Positions 47,232 to 56,435 of a DNA stretch of 58,068 nt are shown here, piece after piece. This DNA is from an uncultured virus (IMG/VR IMGVR_UViG_3300033047_000037). Lineage: Duplodnaviria; Heunggongvirae; Uroviricota; Caudoviricetes. Positions within the stretch are counted from its first letter, which is position 1, and each line of letters starts with the position of its first letter. Where the stretch lies: the IMG/VR virus record IMGVR_UViG_3300033047_000037; one strand, 5' to 3'. The notes beneath the pieces were generated by a model. It had not been told where the DNA came from. It was given only the letters and a program-made list of their open reading frames with translations, and did no database searches. The position numbers were made by a program, and so were the translations under genes.

Positions 47232-47806
47232 TGAAGTTTAATCTCCTACAGTTCAAGACTGCTAAAAGGGGCTCAGAACCTCCTGAGGTTTTTACTCGTC
47301 CGTTTTTTCGTGAACGAGATGTTTATGACCTAACTCATGCCCCTAACGATGGCAGGGGCTACAAGCTTACAACCCCTTATAGCGAGGGTATGCCTGGTGA
47401 TTCTCCTGATATGGGTTCTGCCGCTGGCGGAACAAGAGGTCGAGACGGTTCTCCTGAACCTGATGATTTTTCAGAGTTTGGTTCAAGAGAAGACAGGGAT
47501 ACACGGGGGGCCAAAAGTAAGTTACCTAGCGATAGCGACCCAGAGAAAGTATTCAACCCCGCCGGTGCTGATACTTCGCAGTATGAAGAAGGATTACAGA
47601 CCGAGTGGGGCTCTGCTGGGCATGATGCGCCAGCAGACCAACGTAGCGATTCGGCGGTAAGTATAGAAAGAACAGTTCAGCGAAAGATGGGGCCTGAAGG
47701 CGAAAGAGATCGTAAAGCTCCCGTTTCTAACATGGCACCATGGAACTTGAAGAAAAAAGACGATACAATATTTAAGAGAGTACAAAGAGTACAAAGAAGG
47801 AGATAA
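47231..47806 (+). CDS. hypothetical disordered head-module protein
   Basis: TAATG coupling; begins MKFNLLQFKTAK. Confidence 0.75.
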   Translation: MKFNLLQFKTAKRGSEPPEVFTRPFFRERDVYDLTHAPNDGRGYKLTTPYSEGMPGDSPDMGSAAGGTRGRDGSPEPDDFSEFGSREDRDTRGAKSKLPSDSDPEKVFNPAGADTSQYEEGLQTEWGSAGHDAPADQRSDSAVSIERTVQRKMGPEGERDRKAPVSNMAPWNLKKKDDTIFKRVQRVQRRR

Positions 47807-47809
47807 CAA

Positions 47810-48568
47810 ATGCAAGTTAAAGTAACCGAAAAAGTCAAAGGCGAACTATTCATAAGAGCGCTAGGCAAGACCTTTAGGGTCAATTCAAAGATTCCTATGT
47901 CGCAAGAACAATTTAGCGATTCAACAACGCAGGCTGCCATTAGGCGAGGCCTCTTGTCTGTTATAGGTGATGTATCTGAAGCAGATATCAAGGGACAATA
48001 CTTCTTGAATACCCACAAGAATGCTGTTTCGTTTAGATGTATTGACATGAGCGTTCCATCAAAAGCGGTATTCTTTGTTTCTGAGGAGTTTATGGATGAC
48101 TCAGAAATTCAATTGGCAGAAAACAAAGGCCGTATTGAGAAGGTAGATACTCCAAAATCCGAGGTCACAGAAACTAAATCCGAGGCTAAGGAGACGGAAG
48201 CAAAGAAGACTACTAAGAAGAAGACCAAAAGAGTTTCAAAGAAAAAGAAAGAAGAATCACTGGTAGAAGAGGAAACATCTGAGATTGTTGCCGAAGTTGT
48301 TGCCGATCAAGGCCCAGAGACGAATCTTCCAGAGTTTGAGGAAGTTGAAACTCCAGAGGGGTCTTACGTTCATGACCCAAGAGAAGGTGCGGAACCACTG
48401 AAGGTTCGTAGAGTAAAGAAGCCAGAACCAACATGGGCAGATAAGACGGAAGAAGAGAAGCCAAAGTCTAATGACTTATTCGATGACGGCATTCCAGATT
48501 TGGATTTTGTTGACGAAAAAAGAGGAGCAGACCTTGATTTTGTTGACCAGAATGGAGAGGTAAGCTAA
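47810..48568 (+). CDS. hypothetical protein with K/E-rich tail
   Basis: AGGAG RBS, 252 aa. Confidence 0.8.
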   Translation: MQVKVTEKVKGELFIRALGKTFRVNSKIPMSQEQFSDSTTQAAIRRGLLSVIGDVSEADIKGQYFLNTHKNAVSFRCIDMSVPSKAVFFVSEEFMDDSEIQLAENKGRIEKVDTPKSEVTETKSEAKETEAKKTTKKKTKRVSKKKKEESLVEEETSEIVAEVVADQGPETNLPEFEEVETPEGSYVHDPREGAEPLKVRRVKKPEPTWADKTEEEKPKSNDLFDDGIPDLDFVDEKRGADLDFVDQNGEVS

Positions 48569-48572
48569 TACT

Positions 48573-49301
48573 GTGTACGATTTGCTTCTTAGAGAATTAG
48601 AGACGCTTGGTATTATTGCCGAGGAAGGAAGTTACCTTATGCAGGGTCGCTCTGTTTCTCGTGAGAAGATTGTGACCGAACTCAGTACGAATATTAAAGA
48701 CAGTAAAAAGCTTATATGGTCTATGTGGCACGAAGTCTCTTCGGAACTTTATTCTGTGGTTACGGATTCTGCTCCGTCTGATTCCGTGCGAAAGTTATTT
48801 ATACCAGCTATACAGGATCTTTATGAGCTAGCTTGTTGTTTTAGCGAATTGGAAAAATGTAATATAGTCAAAGTTATAACTGCTGCGCTAAATAGGGATA
48901 TAGAGAGTTTTTCAACTGTAACTATGTCTAGAATTGTTGACTATTCAATGAGTATTGGGTGGCTAAACCACCTTATACGTCGTGATATGTATACCCTTGC
49001 AATCATCGCCAAGATTGGAGAGAAGAGGGAAACAAAAGCCATTGGTGTTGCAGGTCCCTGGTCAAGAACAGACATCCCAATGAGAGAGCGAGTCTTCAAA
49101 TGGGATGAAGTCTCAGGAGAAACCGCTGGTCGAGGCGAAGACAAAAGAGGTCAACGAAGATATAGGATGGGTCTTGAGCAATATAAAGATCCGTGGCCTA
49201 ATGAAGGCTTTGTTTGGAGAGAGATTCGTAATGAACCATACTTGTTTAGCGACCAAGATTCTAGTCCATATCCACATAGAGACGCTCTTTTTAGAAATTG
49301 A
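48573..49301 (+). CDS. hypothetical protein
   Basis: GAGG RBS, GTG start, 242 aa. Confidence 0.75.
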   Translation: MYDLLLRELETLGIIAEEGSYLMQGRSVSREKIVTELSTNIKDSKKLIWSMWHEVSSELYSVVTDSAPSDSVRKLFIPAIQDLYELACCFSELEKCNIVKVITAALNRDIESFSTVTMSRIVDYSMSIGWLNHLIRRDMYTLAIIAKIGEKRETKAIGVAGPWSRTDIPMRERVFKWDEVSGETAGRGEDKRGQRRYRMGLEQYKDPWPNEGFVWREIRNEPYLFSDQDSSPYPHRDALFRN

Positions 49302-49319
49302 CCGACAATGGAGATCATA

Positions 49320-49736
49320 ATGTCAAAAATATATAACCAAACAGAAGCACAAAATTCGTTATTGGATTTTCTTATAGACTCCATACCGGAATTGCAGTTT
49401 CTTACATCAAAAAACGATAAAACATCAAATCCTCTTGAGAGATCTTTGTTTAGCTTATGGTCCGATGCAGAGAGCCAGATTTCAGAAAGGAAGTTTGTTC
49501 GTCCTATCGATATGACAGAAGATGTAATTATACAGCTTGAGTCTTCTGGCTTAATCGAGAGTATAGGAAAGAATATCAAAGTTACCTCAAAGGGAACTCA
49601 GGTTATACAAAAGATTATACTGGATGAAGAGAAATCAATTTTTGAGAAGTCAGCAAGCAGCAAGCCATTAGTAAAGGTAGCTGCTATTATTGGTAGAAAG
49701 AAAAACACTTCATGGTATCAGCGTCTAAAGAGCTAA
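49320..49736 (+). CDS. winged-helix-like hypothetical protein
   Basis: QLESSGLIE...IKVTSKG wHTH-like pattern; ends KSAS..LVKVAA...SWYQRLKS. Confidence 0.65.
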   Translation: MSKIYNQTEAQNSLLDFLIDSIPELQFLTSKNDKTSNPLERSLFSLWSDAESQISERKFVRPIDMTEDVIIQLESSGLIESIGKNIKVTSKGTQVIQKIILDEEKSIFEKSASSKPLVKVAAIIGRKKNTSWYQRLKS

Positions 49737-50143
49737 AGACATATTTTGTTGAGTTTGAAACCAAACGGCACCGAGATAAGCGACGAACGTTGAAGAAGTT
49801 GTTTTGGTTTGATGGCAAATACAATGTTATGTATGAGATATGGGGCGACCAGATTCGCATGCGATGGTCTCCGGAATGGAATCGTTCAGTTCCCGATGTG
49901 GAATGGGACAAGACCGAAAAGAGATGGACAGTAAAAGATGTAGTATACGAACTGAAACTTGAGTATCGTTCAAATAAGGATGAGATTCAGTCTTGGTTAG
50001 ATAATATAGCTTCACGGTTGGGTGCGGAAATAAACAACGAAGAGACAGATTCTAGAGGTATTGCTATTAATATCCAAGAACATCTATCTACCGAAATAGA
50101 GTATTTGTTAGACAGGAAAGGCTTTAGGTATTCTGAGATATGA
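49712..50143 (+). CDS. hypothetical protein
   Basis: 143-aa ORF, ATGA overlap with the next gene. Confidence 0.7.
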   Translation: MVSASKELKTYFVEFETKRHRDKRRTLKKLFWFDGKYNVMYEIWGDQIRMRWSPEWNRSVPDVEWDKTEKRWTVKDVVYELKLEYRSNKDEIQSWLDNIASRLGAEINNEETDSRGIAINIQEHLSTEIEYLLDRKGFRYSEI

Positions 50144-51051
50144 AAATAGTTGTTCCACAACTAAGAGTCAGCGTTGCCGATACTCCACACAAGCAAGCAA
50201 AGGGCTTGATGTTTGTGGATGATATGCCATTCGATCAGGGTATGTTATTTGTTTTTTCAAATCAAAGAATGCTTAGTTTCTGGGGAGAGAACACTTTTAT
50301 ACCTTTAGATATCGCTTTTGCTGATAGCGAAGGAAAGATTCACGACGTTAAAACGATTTCACCCTTTTCCCTTAGTGCGGTTCGGAGTTCTGTTCCTTGC
50401 AAGTATGCGATAGAGGCAAACCTGGGATATTTTACAGAGAATAAGATATCAGTCGGTGATTCTGTTGACGTAGAGGAAGATGTTGATGGCTATTATTTGT
50501 CGTTTGCGAAAAAAAGAAGGAATCTAGCTTCTGGAGGGGGAAGGGAAAAGCTAGCGCAGTTAACTCCTGATCCTAATCAGTTGATAACTAATACGCCAGA
50601 AGATGCACAGACTCGTTATGAGTCTTTGCCTCAGTTGACGCCCGAAGATATCGGGATGGCGCTTGAGGATAACGCTGAGGAGTCCCCAGTAGAGGTTAGA
50701 CAACCTTCCAGGGAACCGCCAGAAGATATTCCGGTTGAATTACCGGAAGAAGAGCCAACTGTGGAGGAAACTCCTCAGTTTGAAAATGCTTTCGATGCAA
50801 GTGATTGGGCAAGACCCACGATTGATAATGGGTTCAAAGGCCGAGAGATGAGAATAAGTTACACTACCAAAAATGGTCGTAACATAGTTAGAGATGTAGA
50901 ACCGCATGGCACGTTCCATGCAGAGACGACAGGTAATAAGGTACTCGTAACGTTTGACAAGACCGTTTCTGATATTAGAGCGTTCATAATCAGCAATATT
51001 AATGGGTTTGCTTTCTCGGATGACGAGTTTGAACCCAAATTCAGGATATAA
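50140..51051 (+). CDS. DUF192 domain fused to a C-terminal WYL-like domain
   Basis: VADTP...AKGLMF......QGMLFVF.......FW..NTFIPLDIAF, YAIEANLG; C-terminal ISYTTKNG....RDVEP......L..FD....IRAFIISNI. Confidence 0.8.
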   Translation: MKIVVPQLRVSVADTPHKQAKGLMFVDDMPFDQGMLFVFSNQRMLSFWGENTFIPLDIAFADSEGKIHDVKTISPFSLSAVRSSVPCKYAIEANLGYFTENKISVGDSVDVEEDVDGYYLSFAKKRRNLASGGGREKLAQLTPDPNQLITNTPEDAQTRYESLPQLTPEDIGMALEDNAEESPVEVRQPSREPPEDIPVELPEEEPTVEETPQFENAFDASDWARPTIDNGFKGREMRISYTTKNGRNIVRDVEPHGTFHAETTGNKVLVTFDKTVSDIRAFIISNINGFAFSDDEFEPKFRI

Positions 51052-51053
51052 AC

Positions 51054-52322
51054 ATGGAAGAAACTATCAAGGAACTTATTGAGATAGCACAAGGCCTCGA
51101 TGACGCCGGTAGCGAAAAGCTTGCCGCAAAGCTTGATGAGCTTTCTAATCGGCTTCTTGATGTAAAAGTTGCTCAATATGTTGGTATACAGGGATATTGG
51201 ATTCGCAATACACGTTGTTGGTCAAACTGCTATAGACAGAAGAGAGCCAGCAAGCCCTCCATGCCTGCACAAGAAGTTTGGGGCGAGTGCCATAGCGAAT
51301 ATCTGAAATCTATCAATAATGATGGTAGCAAATGGGATAAGTACGCAAATAGCGAAGAAGGCCTTGTTAAGGTTGCAGCACAAAAAGAAATGCTCGACCA
51401 GAAATTCACATCCTTGATGGTCGGAAAGATCAGCAAAGGAGCCTCGCTTGGTCATGCTGTTTTTGAATCACTGCAAGATTTGCAATCAGGATATGAATCA
51501 AAAGATATAGAAGTAGCAACAGAATTGTTCAATATTTCTGCTGAGGCTTTTTCTTCTAATCCACAGCAAGCTGTAAAAATAGCAAAAGTAGCAGAAGACA
51601 TCGTTAGAGAGTCTCAGCTATGGAGAGGTCTTGGGGGCGCTTTGAAGGGCGTTGGTCAAGGAGCTATGGAAAACGTTCGCTATCACAGCTATGTTAAAGA
51701 TATAGAAAGTCGTGCGAAGCAAATTTCTCGACTTATTGGTGGCTTGAATAAATCAGTAACGGATGCTCAGGCATATTTCTCCACCAATAAAGCGAAGGAA
51801 CCTGGACAAATACAGAGAAACGAGGCTGCTCGTCAGCTTCTAACTCAGATGGTAAACGAGACTGCACAGGTAGATATCGTGCTAAAGAATATAAGCAGAA
51901 ATGTTAATAACATTATGCAAGGCGTCTCTGAACAGGGCGTTTCTAACTTTATGAATGGACAAGGGCAAGCAGGACAGCCAGCAGCGGGCGGTCAGCAGCA
52001 ACCTCTCCCTAATCCAGCTATAAGTATGCCGCAAGGTGGACCTTTGAATAGTACAATGTCAATGCCTAGTAGCACTAATGATCTAGGTACTAATCAGCAG
52101 ATGTCTATGCCCGGTCATAGGGTTGGGCCAACAAATGTTACTGGTCCAGGATATAGTAAGACGACGAAACCTCGTCATCGAGTTAATCTGAAGAAACAAC
52201 CCAGAAAGGATCAGGGTTATATTGCTCTCGAATCAAGTGGATCGGGCGTAAAATCACAAGTGAAAGAAGGAAAAGTAGCGACTTCGGTCGCATATAACAG
52301 GTCTAGAGCTATTGGCAAATAA
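51054..52322 (+). CDS. hypothetical head-module protein
   Basis: 422 aa; KVAQYVGIQGYWIRNTRCWSNCYRQKR; several KxA motifs; Q/P-rich tail. Confidence 0.8.
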   Translation: MEETIKELIEIAQGLDDAGSEKLAAKLDELSNRLLDVKVAQYVGIQGYWIRNTRCWSNCYRQKRASKPSMPAQEVWGECHSEYLKSINNDGSKWDKYANSEEGLVKVAAQKEMLDQKFTSLMVGKISKGASLGHAVFESLQDLQSGYESKDIEVATELFNISAEAFSSNPQQAVKIAKVAEDIVRESQLWRGLGGALKGVGQGAMENVRYHSYVKDIESRAKQISRLIGGLNKSVTDAQAYFSTNKAKEPGQIQRNEAARQLLTQMVNETAQVDIVLKNISRNVNNIMQGVSEQGVSNFMNGQGQAGQPAAGGQQQPLPNPAISMPQGGPLNSTMSMPSSTNDLGTNQQMSMPGHRVGPTNVTGPGYSKTTKPRHRVNLKKQPRKDQGYIALESSGSGVKSQVKEGKVATSVAYNRSRAIGK

Positions 52323-52340
52323 ATGGAGGAGCCTAAAGTT

Positions 52341-53108
52341 ATGCAGTTTTTTACTAATAAGATTTCAGTTGGAAATAAATCAAGTTTTGGAGACCTTATT
52401 CGTAAGGTAGCCGGCTCAGAAGCAGGAACCGTGAAAACGGCTTCTTTGGAAGAGGTAGTAGTTGCTGAAGCAGGCATCGACGATGATGGCGAAGGTAAGC
52501 GTACCGACGTTCATCACGGCGAAGGTTCTCCAAAGGACCAGAATGGTGAGCCTGAAAAGGATGGCGAGAACAAGACTGTTGATCCAGCAGGCTTGAGCGC
52601 TGGTTCTGATCAGGAAACTAAGGTTGCTGAGACAGGCGAAGGCGATTCTGGCCCATCGAAGCCCGATGGCGCTGGCGATGGTGATGATGAAGAAGGTTGT
52701 ACTGAAGGCCGCTTCCCTGAACCAGACCGTGAGTCAAGCGATTGCTACAAGCAGGAAGCTGAAGACAAAGAGACGGCTGACGTTGAGGCTTCTACCGAGA
52801 AGCAAGTCAAGGAAGCCGGCGAATTGCCAGAAGCCCTCAAAGAGCATCAGTTCAAGTCGAAAGATTCCGATGATAAGGATGACGACAAGGACAAGGACTC
52901 AGAAGCTAAGGCTGATGATAAGGATGACGATAAGGCCGATGATAAGGATGACGACGACAAAGAGGTAGAGGCATGCACTGCATCTAGCAATGACGTTCGT
53001 TTCGAGAAGATCGCAAACCTTTCGCCCAAGGCTAAGGGTTGGCTCAAGACTTATTGGAAGATGGTTTATCCAGAGGCTTACTCTGACGCTATGGTCCAAG
53101 ACAAATAA
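52341..53108 (+). CDS. highly acidic low-complexity protein, candidate scaffold/core protein
   Basis: GGAGGAG RBS before ATG 52341; D/E/K-rich with GATGATAAGGATGACGA x3; ELPEALKEHQFK; KVAG, KTAS, KVAE, KEAG, KIAN. Confidence 0.7.
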   Translation: MQFFTNKISVGNKSSFGDLIRKVAGSEAGTVKTASLEEVVVAEAGIDDDGEGKRTDVHHGEGSPKDQNGEPEKDGENKTVDPAGLSAGSDQETKVAETGEGDSGPSKPDGAGDGDDEEGCTEGRFPEPDRESSDCYKQEAEDKETADVEASTEKQVKEAGELPEALKEHQFKSKDSDDKDDDKDKDSEAKADDKDDDKADDKDDDDKEVEACTASSNDVRFEKIANLSPKAKGWLKTYWKMVYPEAYSDAMVQDK

Positions 53109-53122
53109 TTTAGGGGGTTATC

Positions 53123-53845
53123 GTGGCAATAGTACCTAATGGCACTCGTAGGCTGATGAAGCTACAGCAGTATACTTCTACGGATACTGGTTTTGGTGGT
53201 AATGGCATCGATCAGGATATCGTATTAGACGATAAACAGACTGATGATGGCGCACAGGTTGGTGATGGGACTGGACCTTCAGTTGATTTTGAAGCTTTGC
53301 AACAGCAAGTAAATCAAGATCAGCCCGCAGAGTCTCCAACTCCTGAAAGCATTCAACAAGCTCTTCGCCCAAACGAACCGGGCGATAACCAGTTAGAGGA
53401 AAGCCTTGAAAAAGCAGTTATTTCAGAACTTACATCCTTGGGTGTTCCTGAGAAAATGTTCAACTCAAAACAGGGTCTTGATCCCTTCTTTCAATGGGAT
53501 GAAAATCTTGATGACGGTACAAGCTCTGGATTCTATTTGATTCCATCTTTTACTCAAAATCAACAGGTTTCAAGAGAAAATGCGAAAGAACTGGCTCAGA
53601 AGATTGGTTCTGAGTTTAGTCTTTCTCAAAAGATAACCAAAGAAGGTCATAACTTTAAAGTAAAGTTTCAGACTAAGGTTGATCAGCCACAACAGGCTCA
53701 GTTTGGAACATCGTTTGATAGTTTGTTAAAGCCAGGTAGTACAGAAGACTTGCAAGCAGCGGCTACAAGTCGAAATCCAATCATAACAGGGTCTCGTGAC
53801 GAGACTCTTAATATTTTGTATAATCGCTTCAAGGGGGGCAAGTAA
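53123..53845 (+). CDS. hypothetical head-module protein
   Basis: GGGGG RBS, GTG start, 240 aa. Confidence 0.75.
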   Translation: MAIVPNGTRRLMKLQQYTSTDTGFGGNGIDQDIVLDDKQTDDGAQVGDGTGPSVDFEALQQQVNQDQPAESPTPESIQQALRPNEPGDNQLEESLEKAVISELTSLGVPEKMFNSKQGLDPFFQWDENLDDGTSSGFYLIPSFTQNQQVSRENAKELAQKIGSEFSLSQKITKEGHNFKVKFQTKVDQPQQAQFGTSFDSLLKPGSTEDLQAAATSRNPIITGSRDETLNILYNRFKGGK

Positions 53846-54615
53846 TGGGAAAACTTCAGAGAACATCGAGTCAGCATAACATTAGTATTTTTGATGTTCT
53901 TGCTGAGAAGCATACCAGTATCGAAGATCGCACTCCTGAGATGAAGGAAGTAGTTCAAAAAGAGTCAGCTTTTAACCGTAACTTTGAAGAAGTTACATCA
54001 AGCAATAAGCTAACTCATAATAGCATTGATGAAATCGATTTAATTCGAGGTCGCAACAGTATCCGTTCCGCTCGCTGCGGAAATATCAGCAACGAAGGCT
54101 CCTCCAATAACGCCATGGGCGTAGCTGGCAAGAACTCTATTGTGGACCCCGGTTATCTTGACCGCATTGCAGATGCGATGACTTCTCGTGAGAAAACTCT
54201 TGCTGAAAAGGCATCTATTGAGGCTATTCGCTCTGACAGAGACGCAACTTATATAGCAAACAGTTCTCCTAAGATTGGAGAAGACGAAGAATTTTATCTT
54301 TCACAGAGGACATCTTCTGTTGTATCTAATGCTCAAGAAGCAAACCGTAATGGCTGGGTTCCCAATGGTTCGATAAGCATGTTTGATGACATGGATTTTG
54401 AACGAGTAAAGCCCACCCTTGGCGAGCAGATGGAGAAAAAAGAAGCAACTTCGGATGACTCTTGGCAAAAGGTTGCTAAGAACGTCACTGCAAAAGATAA
54501 AGGCATTGAGCTTTTTGATAAAATGGCAGATACTCATGAGAATGACTATCGAAATCATCATCAAGATGCAACAGATCGAATGTTTGAAATATTCAAAGCT
54601 CGTAACGAGGGATAA
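53845..54615 (+). CDS. hypothetical head-module protein
   Basis: TAATG coupling, 256 aa. Confidence 0.8.
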   Translation: MGKLQRTSSQHNISIFDVLAEKHTSIEDRTPEMKEVVQKESAFNRNFEEVTSSNKLTHNSIDEIDLIRGRNSIRSARCGNISNEGSSNNAMGVAGKNSIVDPGYLDRIADAMTSREKTLAEKASIEAIRSDRDATYIANSSPKIGEDEEFYLSQRTSSVVSNAQEANRNGWVPNGSISMFDDMDFERVKPTLGEQMEKKEATSDDSWQKVAKNVTAKDKGIELFDKMADTHENDYRNHHQDATDRMFEIFKARNEG

Positions 54616-54617
54616 TC

Positions 54618-55888
54618 ATGGCTCTTCCACCGAATGCTGTAAGTAAAATAGTTGATACAGAGCAGGCGGTAGAAGATATTGTTATGAATAACTTTGGCGT
54701 AATGCCGGATGGTCTAACTCCTAACCAGCAAGAAGAATTTTCCGCACGACAACGAGCGGCATTGCAGAACGCAGATCAAACAGTAGGCATTTTGACAGAT
54801 ACTCAAGAAGAGGTTACGGATGTATTACAGGATGCAGCGCCTCTTCTTCCACTCTCTTCTCGGAAAACATTCGAATTATCGAAGTTCTCTCAAGGGTTTG
54901 GTATGCCAGCCCCAGCCCCAGCCCCAGCCCCAGCCACAGCGATGCCAGACCCAATGATGTCGGACCCAACNNNNNNNNNNNNNNNNNNNNNGCGATGGCA
55001 GAAGAAGACCCCAATATGGCGGGGCAGCCAACCTTCGAGACACATATAGATCTCTACAACTGGTTGGAAGGGGAGTTCGATTCGGGAGTCGATATCTCAG
55101 AAACACGCTCGACGCTAATTTCTATGGCGGGCGAGGCAGAAATCATAGGCGAGGAAGGTCTCCCTATAGAACCAGCAGAAGTTATTGCTAGCGGTTTGAC
55201 GGATTACGCAGAAGCGATAAACATTAACAAGCCCGAAGAGAGGGCAACAATAGCTAAGAGGATATTTGACGTTATGCCACAGAAAGATACAGCAAATAAT
55301 GAGGTTACTGTTGTTCAGGAGACTGTAGCAGAGACCAACTCTACTCTTCAGCGACTTGCCATTGAGCTTGCTCAGCATAATCAGGGCAAAACTGCTTCTG
55401 CAACAAAATCTTTCAACCTTAGTAAAACAGCGCAGCATAAGGGCATGGAAAACGTTATTATGCATACCCCTGGGGGAAATCGCATTGACCCAATTACAGG
55501 CTACCTGATAAGCGATTGGCATATCTATGAGCGTAATAAGGGTTGGGGTCTCCGTGCTGGCGATGCCATCGGCATTGACTACGAAACTCTATGGCGAGAA
55601 AACATCATGGACAAGTATAGCCGCGCTTATCGTGACAAGGACGGAAACTGGGTCGGTGGCTATATCCAGAAAAGATTCGAAGTTGATAAGTGGATTCCTG
55701 AAACTAATAATCTTCAGTTGAAGCCAGGTCAGCGACGTAAGCCTTATATCGCAGAATTCCGTTCTCACGAGGCTAGGTTACAAGATCTCCGTTCTAAGGA
55801 AGACGATCGTGGTCGTGTCTTCAATGACACGAGCAAGCCTTTCAATTGGAAAGAAGCTTCTTGCGCTAAAAAAAAAGCGCACGGTTGA
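54618..55888 (+). CDS. hypothetical head-module protein spanning an assembly gap
   Basis: Track ORFs 54618..55049 and 54995..55888 meet at 21 Ns inside a P/M/A-rich linker; probably one gene; SFNLSKTAQ and PFNWKEAS motifs. Confidence 0.7.
54906..54991 (+). repeat. (CCAGCC)n Pro-Ala microsatellite followed by an N gap (54971-54991)
   Basis: ccagccccagccccagccccagccccagcc, then 21 N. Confidence 0.9.
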
Positions 55889-56421
55889 ATAAGGAAGCCT
55901 CTTTAGGTTTTCAGCTTCTCAAAAATAAGTCTATACAAAATACCTCGGTTCAAGACTCGTTTGCTAATAAGCAGGAGGGTCATATTTCTAATTACACTAA
56001 GCTTGCTCAGTTTATGAGCAACGGCCCAGGTCGTCCTGAAACCGATCCTTTTATTATGCCTGAGATAGGCGAAACGCAAGGACATGCTCAAAAAAGAAAT
56101 TCCATAGCTTTGCAAAAAACATGCCATACTTGTCAATCGACATGTGCGCCAGACGCTTCGAATTGCCCGCAATGCGGAACTAAGCTAAAAAACCCTTACA
56201 GTGTTCCAAGACAACCTACCATGCGAGCGGCTCAGGTTGGAACTTATATGGTCAATCCGCCAGCTAATAGAAATGTTCGTGGACCATCTACTGAATCGTT
56301 CGAGAGAAGAAGGAAAAGACCGCACTATCCGATATTGCCTTCAGATGATTTTGCCGATGTAGGCAATGAGGACCATATGAAGCAGGTTCAAGAATCTGCT
56401 AGTGCGCTTGGTCTAGATTAA
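55885..56421 (+). CDS. Zn-ribbon protein, possibly a -1 frameshift extension of the upstream gene
   Basis: CHTC...CPQC; TTG start without a clear RBS; frame opens right at the A9 run 55868-55876. Confidence 0.7.
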   Translation: MNKEASLGFQLLKNKSIQNTSVQDSFANKQEGHISNYTKLAQFMSNGPGRPETDPFIMPEIGETQGHAQKRNSIALQKTCHTCQSTCAPDASNCPQCGTKLKNPYSVPRQPTMRAAQVGTYMVNPPANRNVRGPSTESFERRRKRPHYPILPSDDFADVGNEDHMKQVQESASALGLD

Positions 56422-56435
56422 GGAGATGAAGAACT

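Noticed and set aside
52868..52960. GATGATAAGGATGACGA repeats as a DNA-level element
   Set aside because: In frame and explained by the D/K low-complexity protein sequence.
54971..54991. Frame change between ORFs 54618 and 54995
   Set aside because: Caused by an N gap of uncertain length in a low-complexity linker, so it is not evidence of recoding.
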